Assembly (NCBI GenBank): GCA_051294375.1
Contig: CM119269.1
Span: 19,815,936 to 19,879,935, forward strand
DNA: 64,000 nucleotides
Source: Paraspadella gotoi
Lineage: Eukaryota; Animalia; Chaetognatha
Direction: 5' to 3'
Within the stretch, counting starts at the first letter, position 1; each line of letters starts with the position of its first letter. The translations under genes were made by a program, and so were the position numbers. The notes beneath the pieces were generated by a model that did not search any database, was not told where the DNA came from, and saw only the letters and a list, made by a program, of their open reading frames with translations. Positions 50,196 to 61,876 of this stretch are shown piece by piece.

Positions 50196-51782
50196 CTCTC
50201 TCACACTTGTTTCACTTCCTTTCTTTAGTTTAAATCGCTCTCCATCTCTCTCTCGCTCTCCCTCCCCTGCTTTCCAGTCAAACAGAGGAGGTGATATTCA
50301 AAAAATTGACATTTTATTCGCCGGTATTGACTAAATAAAAAGAGTTGATTGAATCTCTTACTCTCAAAGGATAAGACGAGGGAGAAAGAGAAAGAGGGAG
50401 AGAGAAAATAACTAAGCATCTTCATCAGAAGCCTGGAAGACATGTTACATAAAATTTTCTCTCAAAATAATTACTCTTTGAAAATCGAGGTGGTAATAAA
50501 TAATCTTTAAGCTTCTATCTCCCTGTCCACATGAACCTGCGACCACCAAATCCGCCGGAAGTCTGTCTCGTGCGAGAAAACAAAAGTGATTGAAAGAAAA
50601 GAAAAGCACCATAAAATAAAAGAAAAGAAAAACTCCATAAAAGAAAAGAAAAACTCCATAAAAGAAAGGAAGAATAATGGAGGGTAGGAGTCTATTTAGG
50701 AAGAAGGGATGGAGGAGGAGGGCGAATGGGAAGGATTGTTTATAAGCGGTTTTATAGAATATATTCAAATTACAAAAGAAATATTAAAACTAAATTCATT
50801 CAAACTATAAATTCCAATGTTAAAAGATGAACGACAGGGACTAAAAATAATTTACATCGGTATTATAAAATAATAAATAATAAAATTTAAATTAACTTGA
50901 TTCGAAAAAGAAATTCCAAGGAACTATAAATATTTTCTTCAGTGCCTCCGCTCGGGATTCGTTGCAGGATTTAAAATCGGAGTCAGTGTTCGATGCAATT
51001 AAGGTGGTTTCATTTATCAGATGTTGTTTCGCAGTCTTTTAGCTTCAGTTTAAATGAAATATTATTATTTATTCGCGTCGTTGATATTTGTCGACTGCGA
51101 ATTGAACTATCTCTGGTTCTGAAGCGCGTTGCGTGTAAAGGTCTCAGCAACTTTGTAGGACCAGATGATATGACGGAGATGGCGACAACGACGATGACCA
51201 CGACAACGACGTAGACGACGATGACTTTTATTTTATTTCCCCCCCCCCAAAAAAAAAATAATAATTCAAGCTAACCATGAGACTAAACGGCCATTTCGCA
51301 CTGAACTCGTGAACTTAAATGACATTGGCCATGTGCGCTAAACTGAGGTAATGTTCAATTTCTAAATTTAGGTTTGTTTTAAGGTTGTTTACCCTGTCGA
51401 TTCTTGCGGAGGATGAGCCTGACCCAGAAAAAAATCAGCGGCAGCTGCGGTCAGCGGCGGCAGCATCTCGGAACTGACCGTCGGGGCGTCAATAAGTCGC
51501 GTGTCGTTTCATGACATTCAACTTCTTCCTTCGAGATTTTTTGTACAATTACGCGTGAAAGAAATTTAATGAAATAATCCTTTTTTCCCGTATCTAATTG
51601 ATTAGTCAGCGTAAGTTCTTTGGTTAAAATTCAATTGAAAATATGTCCTTTCTGATTGATTTGCAACAGAGTGATTTTATTTGCTGAGAATAAAATAATT
51701 ACGACAACACAAACGACGACGACGACGACGATGACGACGATTAAGAGGACGAAGAAGAAACAAATAGCGACCAAAAAAAATC

Positions 51783-52052
51783 GGCCTTTTTTTCCGAGAA
51801 CGCCCCATTTTATCTCAGATTCGGAATTGGGTTAATTTTTGAAGTTAAAAATTAGTTGAAGAGTTTGGGTTAGGAATTAGGTTACGGCTTAGGTTAATGA
51901 TTAAGATTAATATTTAGGGTTACAAATTAAGAATAGGTTAGAGATTAGAGATTAGGGTTAAGGATTAGTTTATAAGTTTAAAAATATTAAGGTACAAAAT
52001 AAATTTTTGAAAAAAAACGAAAAGAAAAGGGGCACTCTCGAAAAAGAGTGCC
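51783..52052. mobile_element. TTAGGG-rich non-autonomous element with 3' hairpin (Helentron/HINE-like)
   Basis: 5' GGCCTTTTTTTCCGAGAACGCCCCATTTT, TTAGG-rich core, 3' GGGGCACTCTCGAAAAAGAGTGCC hairpin. Confidence 0.55.
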
Positions 52053-52149
52053 AAAAAATCAATGACGTCATGTTTGCTGCAAATAAACCTTTTCCGCTTT
52101 TCTGTTTTCGGGTGAAACTTTTTTCCCTAAGTCGAAACCGATGAGGACC

Positions 52150-52227
<78 letters not shown>

Positions 52228-52262
52228 GCGATGATGATCATAGTGATGATAAAAATCGATAT

Positions 52263-52616
52263 TTACTTGAATTCTCTTTCGTACAAGAAAGACAAAAAAA
52301 TATTTAAATCGATCGTCGTTTCAAATATTAACGGTTCCCTTTTCAGTTTGGTTGTTGTTCTTAACTTGACAAACGAGTTGAGATCTTGGAATTGAATCCC
52401 ACCTTCAAAACTTATCGTGACGTCAGCCTTCGATCCATTTACTCGCAGGAACGCGTCCCATTGTCTTTTTATGAAATTGGTTCTACCAATATAAAAATTA
52501 TCTATACATTTAATAAACAAGCTATCTTGCCCCTGACTTTGGACAAGCTTTGGTTGTTTAAGGCCTCCATCACTTTTACAAGATAATGAAATAGCAGGTC
52601 CCTCCAAGCTTTCAAT
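52263..52616 (-). CDS. Possible further exon of IgSF paralog B (Ig-like)
   Basis: tctag|IESLEGPAISLSCKSDGGLKQPKL... resembles the C2-set L.C.S.GG.P.P.L motif; ~117 open codons in AT-rich DNA. It is not clearly homologous to exon 4 of gene A. Confidence 0.35.
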   Translation of the reverse strand: MESLEGPAISLSCKSDGGLKQPKLVQSQGQDSLFIKCIDNFYIGRTNFIKRQWDAFLRVNGSKADVTISFEGGIQFQDLNSFVKLRTTTKLKREPLIFETTIDLNIFLSFLYEREFK

Positions 52617-53420
52617 CTAGACTCTCTCACAGTCTCGTTTATTTAGTCCCAGAGTACCTGGCTTCCCCCTTAATGAAGTGGTTTAGTATTTCAAAGAATA
52701 TTTCAATTTTCTTTTTCTTTTATTCTTTTTCTTTTTCTTTTATTCTTTTCTTCTTTTTAATTTCGTTAATTTCATACAAGCAGATTTCAGTAATTGATAA
52801 AACGGAATCTAAATGATCAAATCGGAATAAAAAAAGAAAGAATGAAAGAGAGAAAGAAAGAAAGAAAAAAAGAAGGAAGATAAAAAGAAAGACAGAAAAA
52901 ACCAAAAAGAAAGAAAAAATAAGAAAGAAAGACAAAACAAAGAAGCAAAAAAGAAAGGAAAAGTAAGAAAGAAAGAAAGAAGTAAAGAAAGAAAGCAAAT
53001 AAAGGGAAAAAATTAAAAAAAAAGAAAAATAGAGAGAGATGATGATCGAAAATGTTTCTTTTTCAGCAACTGATGCCAACGGAAGTGTTGGAGATCAACT
53101 CGACCTAAACACAGACACCAAAGTTGGTAGATTTGCAAACAGAATGAAGAAAAAAAAACCCTAAATTTGAAGCAATATTTCAATCATTCTAACTTATAGC
53201 GGAAAATATATACGTACGTACAGACTCGAACACAACAAATAAAAAGAAAGTTTGTCATCTATACGAGTTATACGAGTGTAGTTTTATTTTTTTGCCCAAA
53301 TTTTGATTTACATGTAGAGCTCGGCAGAGGGTCACGACCACGAGACCTCAAAGGAACAATAAAGGGCTAAGCCATGATTTCAAAAGCATAGTATGTTTTC
53401 ATTGATGTTAAATAAGAAAC

Positions 53421-53534
53421 TCAACAACTGCAACAAAACATGTCTTTGATTCCGCTGAAGACAGATTTTGTACTGAATCCAATCTGAATTTCGAATTCCG
53501 CGGCGCCGACTTCATTTTGGGCCAGACAATAAAC
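53421..53534 (-). CDS. IgSF paralog B, exon 3
   Basis: cctcag|VYCLAQNEVGAAEFEIQIGFSTKSVFSGIK, homologous to exon 3 of gene A. The 3' boundary is uncertain; read through, it reaches a stop at 53421. Confidence 0.75.
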   Translation of the reverse strand, partial: VYCLAQNEVGAAEFEIQIGFSTKSVFSGIKDMFCCSC

Positions 53535-53690
53535 CTGAGGTTAATAAAAAATGTTAAAATTTCGAATAGAGGAAGGAAAGGGCTCTTTTTTGTATTACGT
53601 AGTGTGTAGATATATTAATTTTACGAGTAATATGAAGAAAAAAAAGGTCTAAACGAGTCCTTAAAATAGGATTTAAAACCACTATTTCAC

Positions 53691-54212
53691 CTCAAGATCT
53701 TTCTGCACCAAAACATCGAATGAATAACTGAGTTTGCTGCTGACTTGATTTTTTATAACATCAGTGTTCAGAAGCCCATTGACGATGGCATAAACGGACC
53801 AAACAACATCCGGTGGATTTCCTTCCTGTGCCGTGCAGACAATATTTTTTCGAACCATGGATCCGTTGCTGGACACGACCATACACATGGAGCCAACGTT
53901 GGCCGTAAGGCCGTACGGTTTAAAGCGGACTTGCATCGGTAAACTTTCACGGGAAGTCCATACGTTGTTGCGAGAGTGACCCAAGACACAACGCAGTTTT
54001 TTTCCATCGTGTTTCCGCTCCGCAATCTCGTTCACAAGATGGATGGACCTAGAGGAGATGCGAGAGACCGTAAGATCTTCCCAGCCAGAATCGGTCTCAA
54101 CTTGGAACCAGAGAGGGGCGTCGCCGGTTCCAGTTGTCTGGACATAACACGTCGCTTCGATCGCTTGTCCCTGGTCGATGCCAAAGGCTGAAAAAGCGGC
54201 TCCGCTTGTGTC
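53691..54212 (-). CDS. IgSF paralog B, exon 2
   Basis: cacag| ... gag|gtgaaa; 522 nt, phase 0/0. IDQGQAIEATCYV...RKHDGKKLRCVL...VRFKP...IVCTAQEGNPPDVVW...DVLVQKDLE is colinear with exon 2 of gene A. Confidence 0.9.
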
Positions 54213-54434
54213 CTGTGTTATAGTTTATGATGAAGTTATCGACAAATATTCATTATAGAGTTTATTTTAGCTAAAATTTATTATCTTATAAAAATAAAAT
54301 TATATTTCAAATCAAAGTACAGTTTTAACCAAACTTTTTAATCAACATGCTGTAGAATTTTTATGTAGTTTAAAAACTACGTAATGAATTCATACTTTTT
54401 TTTCTGACAGCATTAACATTCATTCCTTCCTCAC

Positions 54435-54928
54435 TAGTTTCAGCGTGGAGTCATTAACAACTGTGATGTCAATTTCATCTTCAGTGCCAGGTGGTTGCTT
54501 CACCACGAGGCCGCTTTTGCACATCAACTTGTTGCCACCGTCGTCGTTAGAGACTTCCGAATTCGAAGACGGACCTTGCATTTTCCACACTTGACCGAAT
54601 CTATTGATTCCTTTATCTTGGGCACAAGTCTTTCGCAGATGCTTTTTTCCTCATTTTTAAGATTTATTTCCGCACATTTGTTTTGCCTTTTGCTGTTGTT
54701 GCCTGTATCAGTATTGGGTCCAATAATGTTGAATTCTTCACTCTTCCCATCGATGAGAGTCTGGTATTTGATGTAAGGGTAATAGATGTAGTTAACTCCA
54801 TCCACTGTCAGAAATGGACAGGTCAGCTTGACCTTGTCTTCGTTTCTGTCGACGGCCTCTCTTGCCGAGGAGAGTTGGGGCAGAGAACACAACGAGAGCA
54901 AGCAACCAAGCAAGAAAAGGAAGTCCAT
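54435..54928 (-). CDS. IgSF paralog B, exon 1 (signal peptide plus N-terminal domain; frameshift near 54545-54590, probably error)
   Basis: MDFLFLLGCLLSLCSLPQLSSA signal peptide, then DKVKLTCPFL...KCAE...ICERL and, after a frame change, NKLMCKSGLVVKQPPGTEDEIDITVVNDSTLKL|gtgagg. Confidence 0.85.
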
Positions 54929-55099
54929 TTTCTTTGACAATCGCGTCACTTTTTTAATCTAGAAAATATTAGCCTGATTTGAAGACAATGACTTCTTAAT
55001 TGGTGGTTTGGGAGGCATAAAAGCTGAGTTAGCCATGAGTCATGCGGCAACGGGGAGTCTTGGGTTCACGGCCTCAGCGTCGATAATGAGCTCTTTTTA

Positions 55100-55210
<111 letters not shown>

Positions 55211-55476
55211 CCTTTTTTTTTCCTTTCAGTCTCTCATCTGCCCTTTAAATATTTTAAAACTTGAAATTCTTCGCCACTGTGTGTCGCCCGCAGATTCGTG
55301 CGTCAACAATTCGTAGGAAAAAATGAGCATAGGGCGACAATGCGTCACGAGTCATGACAATGCCCAAGACGGGCGTGACTTTCAAAATCAAACACCATTT
55401 CGAATAAGGAAGAAGCTGGCTTCCCTCCAAATTTGAGAATTCTTACATATTCATGTGCGAGTTGGAAGTCACGATA

Positions 55477-56094
55477 CACTGCGGCGCAAAAAAAGTAGCC
55501 ACTAGGTAGCTTTAAATACACAACTATTTCTTTTTTAATTTTTAAAAAATGTAAATGAAAAGTATTGCTCTTTTAAAGAGCTATCAATTGGTGCAAGAAA
55601 AACTTAAATTGGTTTAGGCACTAGAATATAGCAAGATTTTAAAGTCAGACTCTCAAAATGGAATTTAAAAAAAAATAATTTCTACAGGTTAATATTGCAT
55701 TAACTTTTTTTTCTGACTGATATTTATAATATAGAATTAACAAATTTATAATGGAACTAAACATATAAAAAGGTTAGCAATAAACTTTTATTATTTTTGA
55801 AAATATTTTTTTAATTGCTGCTAAATATGGCATTTTAATATTAAATATTAAAAACAATTATTTTTTTAAAAATTGTCTCAAAATCAAAAAGTAATTTTAT
55901 GATAAGAATAAAAAATTTAATTCTAATATAATTGTCAGAGTTTATATTAGTCTGCTTTAATACGAGATGCCATAAGAAAAAAAACTTTGATGTAAAAAAG
56001 CTTTGAAAGTAACCTTGGGTTATCACTCAACTGCTTTACCCAATATAGTTTTTTCGGTGTGAAAAAAATGGCTACTTTTTTTTGCGCCGCAGTG
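55477..56094. mobile_element. Tc1/mariner-type MITE
   Basis: TIRs CACTGCGGCGCAAAAAAAGTAGCCA / TGGCTACTTTTTTTTGCGCCGCAGTG with TA flanks. Confidence 0.9.
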
Positions 56095-56253
56095 TAAATA
56101 AACACGAACCTCATTACGACCTAAAGAAGTTGCGTCAATTTTAAATTTGGTCGCTGAAGCGTGATGTGAGCAGAACTGAGAATTAAGACAAAAAAACTAT
56201 CGGAAAATTATCAGTTATTATCGAAAGACGTGTCACGTCGCTGAATAGGTGAT

Positions 56254-56305
<52 letters not shown>

Positions 56306-57269
56306 AGATAAAGGAGAATCGACGCGACAAAAAAATCGATATTGCTAAATCTCCGGAGGATGAAACGTTTCTTCCCGATTTTTGGCAGAATTTTGAAAGA
56401 AGAGAGAAAATGGAAAAATAATAGAAAGAGAGAATTATATGTCTAACCTGCTCGTTGGGTAAAAAAAAGGGGGGGTTTCAAAGTTCGGAATGAAAAATCC
56501 CGAATCCCTCAGTTTAAAAAAAAAAAAAAAAGGAGAATGGAGAAAGAAAAAAAAATCAAGAAAAAAAAAACGAGACGAGCTGACCAAAATACGCAAGTCG
56601 ATTACAGAGGACAAAAAATACATACAAAGAAGTAAAAGAGAAAAAAATATTTTAAAATTTGGAGAAAGTCACCAAATTTTTTTTCCCCGGGATCTCCGCG
56701 ACGAATTCTCGAAATTCATGTCTCCTTTTATAGAATTCGCGTTAACTTAGCGAATACCTGAGAATAGTTATTAAATTTGGAAGCACGACTCTGATGACAC
56801 GGATTTGAGATTTATATTGTATAATGATAAAAGAAGGATTCTTCTCACGACCACCAATACATTTTTCATGAATGTTAATCTATCTTCATAAATAACAAAA
56901 TTCAGTGTCAAAAAAAATTATAGACTTTTTTTACATGTTCGATGAGACTATTGCAGACTAGAAATTTTTTTCCCTTTTTTTTTTACACCATTTACGGAAA
57001 TAAAAATATCAGATTTCACTAAAGGGAAAACTTGACTTTTTTCTTTCATTTTGAATATGCAAAACTGATTAATGTTGGTTCGAGATAATGAGCGGAAATT
57101 AGTCATGTCTACCTCACCCGCCTTACCTTACCTTTTTTCCCCGACAGTGTTTAAAAGACTTCCTTTCATCAGAATTTATGCCCCACCGCCAGAGGGCGCC
57201 CCAAGATATCGCTCGTACATTTCCCAACGTCAGAGGCAGAGAAAGAGAGAAAGAGAGAGAGAGAAAGAG

Positions 57270-57313
<44 letters not shown>

Positions 57314-57315
<2 letters not shown>

Positions 57316-57397
57316 TTGATTTTCAGTTTTCAAAATTGATAACTAACAGAATGATAACGAATTCTAGTTTTTATATTTCATTATCTTTGACGATGAC

Positions 57398-57433
<36 letters not shown>

Positions 57434-58006
57434 ATTTTCAAGTTTTAAAATTGATAACTAACAGAATGATAACAAATTCTAATTTTTATATTTCATTATC
57501 TTTGAGATGCGAACGAGAGACGAGAGAGAGAGAGAAGAGAGAGAGAGAGAGTTGATTTCTAGTTTTCAAAATTGATAACTAACAGAATGATAACAGAATT
57601 CTAGTTTTTATATTTCATTATCTTTGACGATGCGACGACAAGAGAGAGAGAGAGAGAGAGAGAGAGATTGATTTTCAAGTTTTCAAAATTGATAACCAAC
57701 AGAAGATATAACAAATTCTAGTTTTTATATTTCATTATCTTTGACGATGCGACGATGAGAGAGAGAGCGAGAGAGAGAGAGAGTTGATTTTCAAGTTTTT
57801 AAAATTGATAACTAACAGAATGATAACAAATTCTAGTTTTTATATTTCATTTCATTTGGACGATGGACGACGGAGGAGAGAGGAGCGAGAGAGAGAGAGA
57901 GTTGATTTTCAAGTTTTTAAAATTGATAACTAACAGAATGATAACAGAATTCTAATTTTTATATTTCATTATCTTTGACGATGGCGACGGAGAAGAGAGA
58001 GAGAGA

Positions 58007-58037
<31 letters not shown>

Positions 58038-58128
58038 TTGATTTACAAGTTTTTAAAATTGATAACTAACAGAATGATACGAATTCTAGTTTTTTATATT
58101 TGCATTTATTTTGACAATGCGACGACGA
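57314..58128. repeat. Minisatellite: 7 units of a ~88-bp core plus a variable (GA)n tail
   Basis: Core GTTGATTTTCAAGTTTTCAAAATTGATAACTAACAGAATGATAACAAATTCTAGTTTTTATATTTCATTATCTTTGACGATG starts at ~57315, 57430, 57551, 57667, 57783, 57901 and 58037. Confidence 0.95.
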
Positions 58129-58628
58129 TGGCAGTAGTAATGATGAGATAAATAAACTAAAACCAAAACAATGTAGACTATTTAAAAAGGTTGACGACGA
58201 TGATTATCTTCACGATGATCCCTCTTTCGGGTAGGAACGAAGCTAATCAAGCCCAGTGTCCATTATCACTTTAATTCTAAAACAGAATTCCAGGGAAACG
58301 TTTTTAATAGAGATATTAAAAGGAAGAGAAGAGAAAGAAAAGAAAGTGTGGAAAAGAAAAGAGAAACATTGTAGAAGATCTAGAAACTCAAAAGATGGAA
58401 TTGAATGGAACCGGATAGAATCGGATCGAAGACTCGGGAAGAAATAAACAAAATGGAATCGAGCTCACTGATTGGTCGCGAGCCAGATGGAACCGGTCAA
58501 TAGGCGGATGGGCTTCCATACGCCGGGAAATTCTACCCACGTCTCTGACCCACTTGCCCTGTATAAATTGTATCAATTTTTGTACCCATTCATTCTGTCT
58601 ACTTTTCTCTAAATAAATTCCGTAAATG

Positions 58629-58675
58629 TGGTGGCAGTCGTTGGATTCGAACCCACGCCTCCTCAGAGACTAGTG
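58629..58675 (-). pseudogene. tRNA-Leu 3'-half fragment including CCA (retroposed copy or extended primer-binding site)
   Basis: Minus strand C-ACTAG-T-CTC-TGAG-GAG-GC-GTGGG-TTCGAAT-CCAAC-GACTGCC-A-CCA gives the anticodon-stem 3' strand, long variable arm, T arm, acceptor strand and CCA. The 5' half is absent. Confidence 0.85.
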
Positions 58676-59267
58676 AGTGAAAGAAAAAAGATGGAAATCG
58701 AAAGAAGTAAAAAATGAAGAACTTAAAAGGGATGAATTGACGTCACATTGTCATTCGTTTTCTACTTTACAGTTTATCATGAAATTTAATTTAACTGTTT
58801 GGTCACATCGGAAACCTCTCTTCATTTTAAATGAATTTTCCAAATGAAAAAGTAGGTCGATATGTCATAGGTTCTCTTCCTCTGTCTATCTCCGCCTCTC
58901 TCTTGGGATTACAAATATTATTAGAGCATCGCTGTAAATTTATTTGCGAAAGCGTAAAGGGTGACTTAGCCTTAAGTAAATTGATTCCAATAGCAATGCT
59001 TTAAAATATTTTAAACCGCCCAAAATCTGCCTTCCCAACGTAAGTAATTTATAATTTATACTAATATAAAAATCTGTACTTTGTTATTTGTGCATTTCCA
59101 CAACCATTTTCGAGAATTGTTCAATTCCATTCAGAAAAATTCAAGGACGACGCATTGAAAGTATAAATAAACTTCATCGAACGCAGGAGCAAAATTGACG
59201 CCAACTCCGCTTCAAGTTTCAATCAAACTCTTTCTCATTCTCTCATTCATTCTCATTCATTTCAAAA

Positions 59268-60020
59268 ATGAACGTCGTTGTACTTTCTCTAATAATTCCT
59301 CTGACCCTCAACGTCTTGGACATTGGCACCGACGTACGAACGATGTTTGAATACGCGCGCCACCGATTTTTTGCAATGAATTACATCGCCTCAGGATTAG
59401 GGATTGTCATGGCAACACACTGGATCGTGTCAGGTATTGTCTCTTTACTTCGCTTGAAGACAGCGGCGGCGCTCTATCCCCGCTTGACCCGAAACGCGCT
59501 GCGTCGAACGGCGACGGCGCTTTGCGTCCTTCTCAGTCTGAGCAACGTCGCCTTTATTATCGACAAACAACTTGACGAGCGGCAGAATTTCCCGGCGTCC
59601 GCGGAAAAGGCCCTCTTCGTACAGCGTCTCGATTTGCTACATCTGCTGCTGGAGTCCTTTCCGCAGCTTCTCATCCAATCGACGGCGTTGATTTTCTCTT
59701 GGACGAGCGGCACGACGGAGCAATGCTTTATCACGGACGAACATACTAACGAAATTTCGTGGAAGTCGCAGGCCAAGCCCGATTTTCAATTTTATACCGT
59801 CCTTAAAAATCAAACGCTGGAAAAAAGAGGAGAATCATGCGTCTGTTATTATGTCGCTTCCAATCGAAGGTCGACGACGTTATTGTGTAGTTGGACGATC
59901 AAGGATTATGGAACCATCTTTTCTTTTGCTTTGTCGACCACCTCCTTGGCAATGACGGCGGCCACGTTGCGAGCCACTTCTGCTGGCTTTAATCCGACCA
60001 TTATTTTCGGAACATTACAG
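59268..60020 (+). CDS. XK-related (Xkr family) multipass membrane protein, exon 1
   Basis: ATG in aaaATGa context. LDIGTDV in TM1 and LLESFPQLLIQ match the XK-family D..TD and ES.PQL..Q motifs. Donor cag|gtcaat, phase 0. Confidence 0.8.
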
Positions 60021-60216
60021 GTCAATTGCTCTAAAAATGTTCAATGTATATATACTTTGTACATTTTTAGAGCAATTATATGTATATTACACATGTATAT
60101 GTAGATATAAAAATAATATTTTTTCTGTATTACAAGATTTTTGTCAAATGCTATTTTGTCATTTTTTTTTAAAAATTTTACACTTAAAAAAAGAAAAAAA
60201 ATTCCGTCAACTTTAG

Positions 60217-61779
60217 GGAGTCATTGGCGTCGTCGTTTACCTTCACTTGATTTACGTTCACGCGCTCAAGTTTTCACTCTGGATGATCTGTCTCACTCCG
60301 TTCGTTTTGCTACGAATCTTCACCGTCATCGAGTTAAAGGACCTCCTTTGCAAATTAATGGGATCATCCGGTTCGTCTCATCCCCGTTGGACCTCCTCCT
60401 TTGCCGGCTCCTCCTTCGCAGTCACGTGGACAGTTTTGGTGACTGCTTTCTTCTTTAACATCGACCACCAGGTCGCCATTTCCGACCACTTTCCTTGGAA
60501 GGGCCCACGTTTCGGTTTGGGAAAATTTAAGAACGATTTGAGTCCGCAATTGGAGATACGCGTTATGAAAGACTGGGTTTTTTGCATCCAGACGAAAGGT
60601 GTGATTGACAAAACTTGGATCGACATTCGGTTGGCATCTTTGGCCCCGTGTCTGAATCATTCGACCGACAAAACCATTCAGAAATTTAAGGTGGGAAATT
60701 ATAAAATTTTAGATCCGAGTTTTAAAACGGTATTGTTCATCTGTTTGGTCGATTTGACCGTCGGAATCATTAATACGACGATATTTTTTTTAGAGAGAAA
60801 AAAGCTGAGAAAGTTGATTCAATTTATTTTCGCTGTACTTCCTCCTTCGGTGATTTTAAGCGCAAACATGAGCTATACTTTGGCCCACGAAGGCGTTTAC
60901 AACAACATCGGTGTGGAAGATCTCTGTCAATTTCGTAAATTAGTCACATGCAATTTCTACAACGAAACCCATCGAATCTTACTCGAATCCAAGGAGACGC
61001 TATACCGCATTTTTCTACAGCTTATTCACTTTTTTTTTGCGTCCTTCGTTTCGCACTGCGTGTTTTTCTTTGTAGAGGCGCATCGATCGTTTGAACATTT
61101 GGGACATGAAATATACAGGAAGGCGTTTTTAGTTTATGGCCTGGCGGCTGTTGGCCTTCCGTGTTTCGCATATCTTACACGTCAAACCGAGGACAATCGC
61201 CGTCACTTGAGCCACGCCCTTTTTGTTTCTCGCGACGTATGGGAGCACAACTATCCTTCGTTTAAAAATTACATCGAATATCAGCTATTTTCATTTTTCA
61301 TTTTCGATAAACATTTTTTCTCCGTCTTTTGTTTTTCTCTTCTGCCAATTTTCTCTTTTGTTTTCTGCTTTTTCACAAAAATCTTGAGAGAGCACAAATA
61401 CCTGAAAATTGTTTTCAGGTTATTCTTTCTAGTTCTAATTACTACTTTATATTGTTGGTTACTCGGAGTATTAAAAATTAAATCGGAAATTGAGGAAACC
61501 CATTACGAAATTGTTTTTAATTATTTAATGAGAGAGCTGAAAGCGACTTCAATTTACCGCGCCAGACTCTCTCCGAACCGCAAAGAAGATTCGCCTAGTT
61601 TTTCTTATATCAATCACATTATCAAGTCGGTGAGATGGAGCCTCCTAGGAGATAATATAGTAACTGGAGCTTTTCATGATTTTTTATCTACTGTTGCAAT
61701 CGAACAAAGAAAAGGTTATGAGAGTCTTAACATTGGTTTGTTTATAATTACTGTAATGTGCGTAATTATTTTTAATTGA
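60217..61779 (+). CDS. XK-related protein, exon 2 (long hydrophobic C-terminal part; total ~771 aa)
   Basis: Acceptor ctttag|GGA is in frame with the 510-aa ORF; many hydrophobic segments; uninterrupted 1.56 kb ORF in AT-rich DNA. Confidence 0.8.
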   Translation, partial: GVIGVVVYLHLIYVHALKFSLWMICLTPFVLLRIFTVIELKDLLCKLMGSSGSSHPRWTSSFAGSSFAVTWTVLVTAFFFNIDHQVAISDHFPWKGPRFGLGKFKNDLSPQLEIRVMKDWVFCIQTKGVIDKTWIDIRLASLAPCLNHSTDKTIQKFKVGNYKILDPSFKTVLFICLVDLTVGIINTTIFFLERKKLRKLIQFIFAVLPPSVILSANMSYTLAHEGVYNNIGVEDLCQFRKLVTCNFYNETHRILLESKETLYRIFLQLIHFFFASFVSHCVFFFVEAHRSFEHLGHEIYRKAFLVYGLAAVGLPCFAYLTRQTEDNRRHLSHALFVSRDVWEHNYPSFKNYIEYQLFSFFIFDKHFFSVFCFSLLPIFSFVFCFFTKILREHKYLKIVFRLFFLVLITTLYCWLLGVLKIKSEIEETHYEIVFNYLMRELKATSIYRARLSPNRKEDSPSFSYINHIIKSVRWSLLGDNIVTGAFHDFLSTVAIEQRKGYESLNIGLFIITVMCVIIFN

Positions 61780-61876
61780 AAAACTTTCGTATCTCTAAAC
61801 GCAGAAATAATGATCCAAGTGCGATACAACCTTAGTAAACTAGAATACAATATTTACGAATTTATATACAAACTAT

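Noticed and set aside
57314-58128. CRISPR-like repeat-spacer appearance
   Set aside because: The repeats are ~88 bp, the spacers are GA microsatellite rather than unique sequence, there are no cas genes, and the context is eukaryotic.
58629-58675. Functional tRNA-Leu gene
   Set aside because: The D arm, anticodon and 5' acceptor strand are missing.
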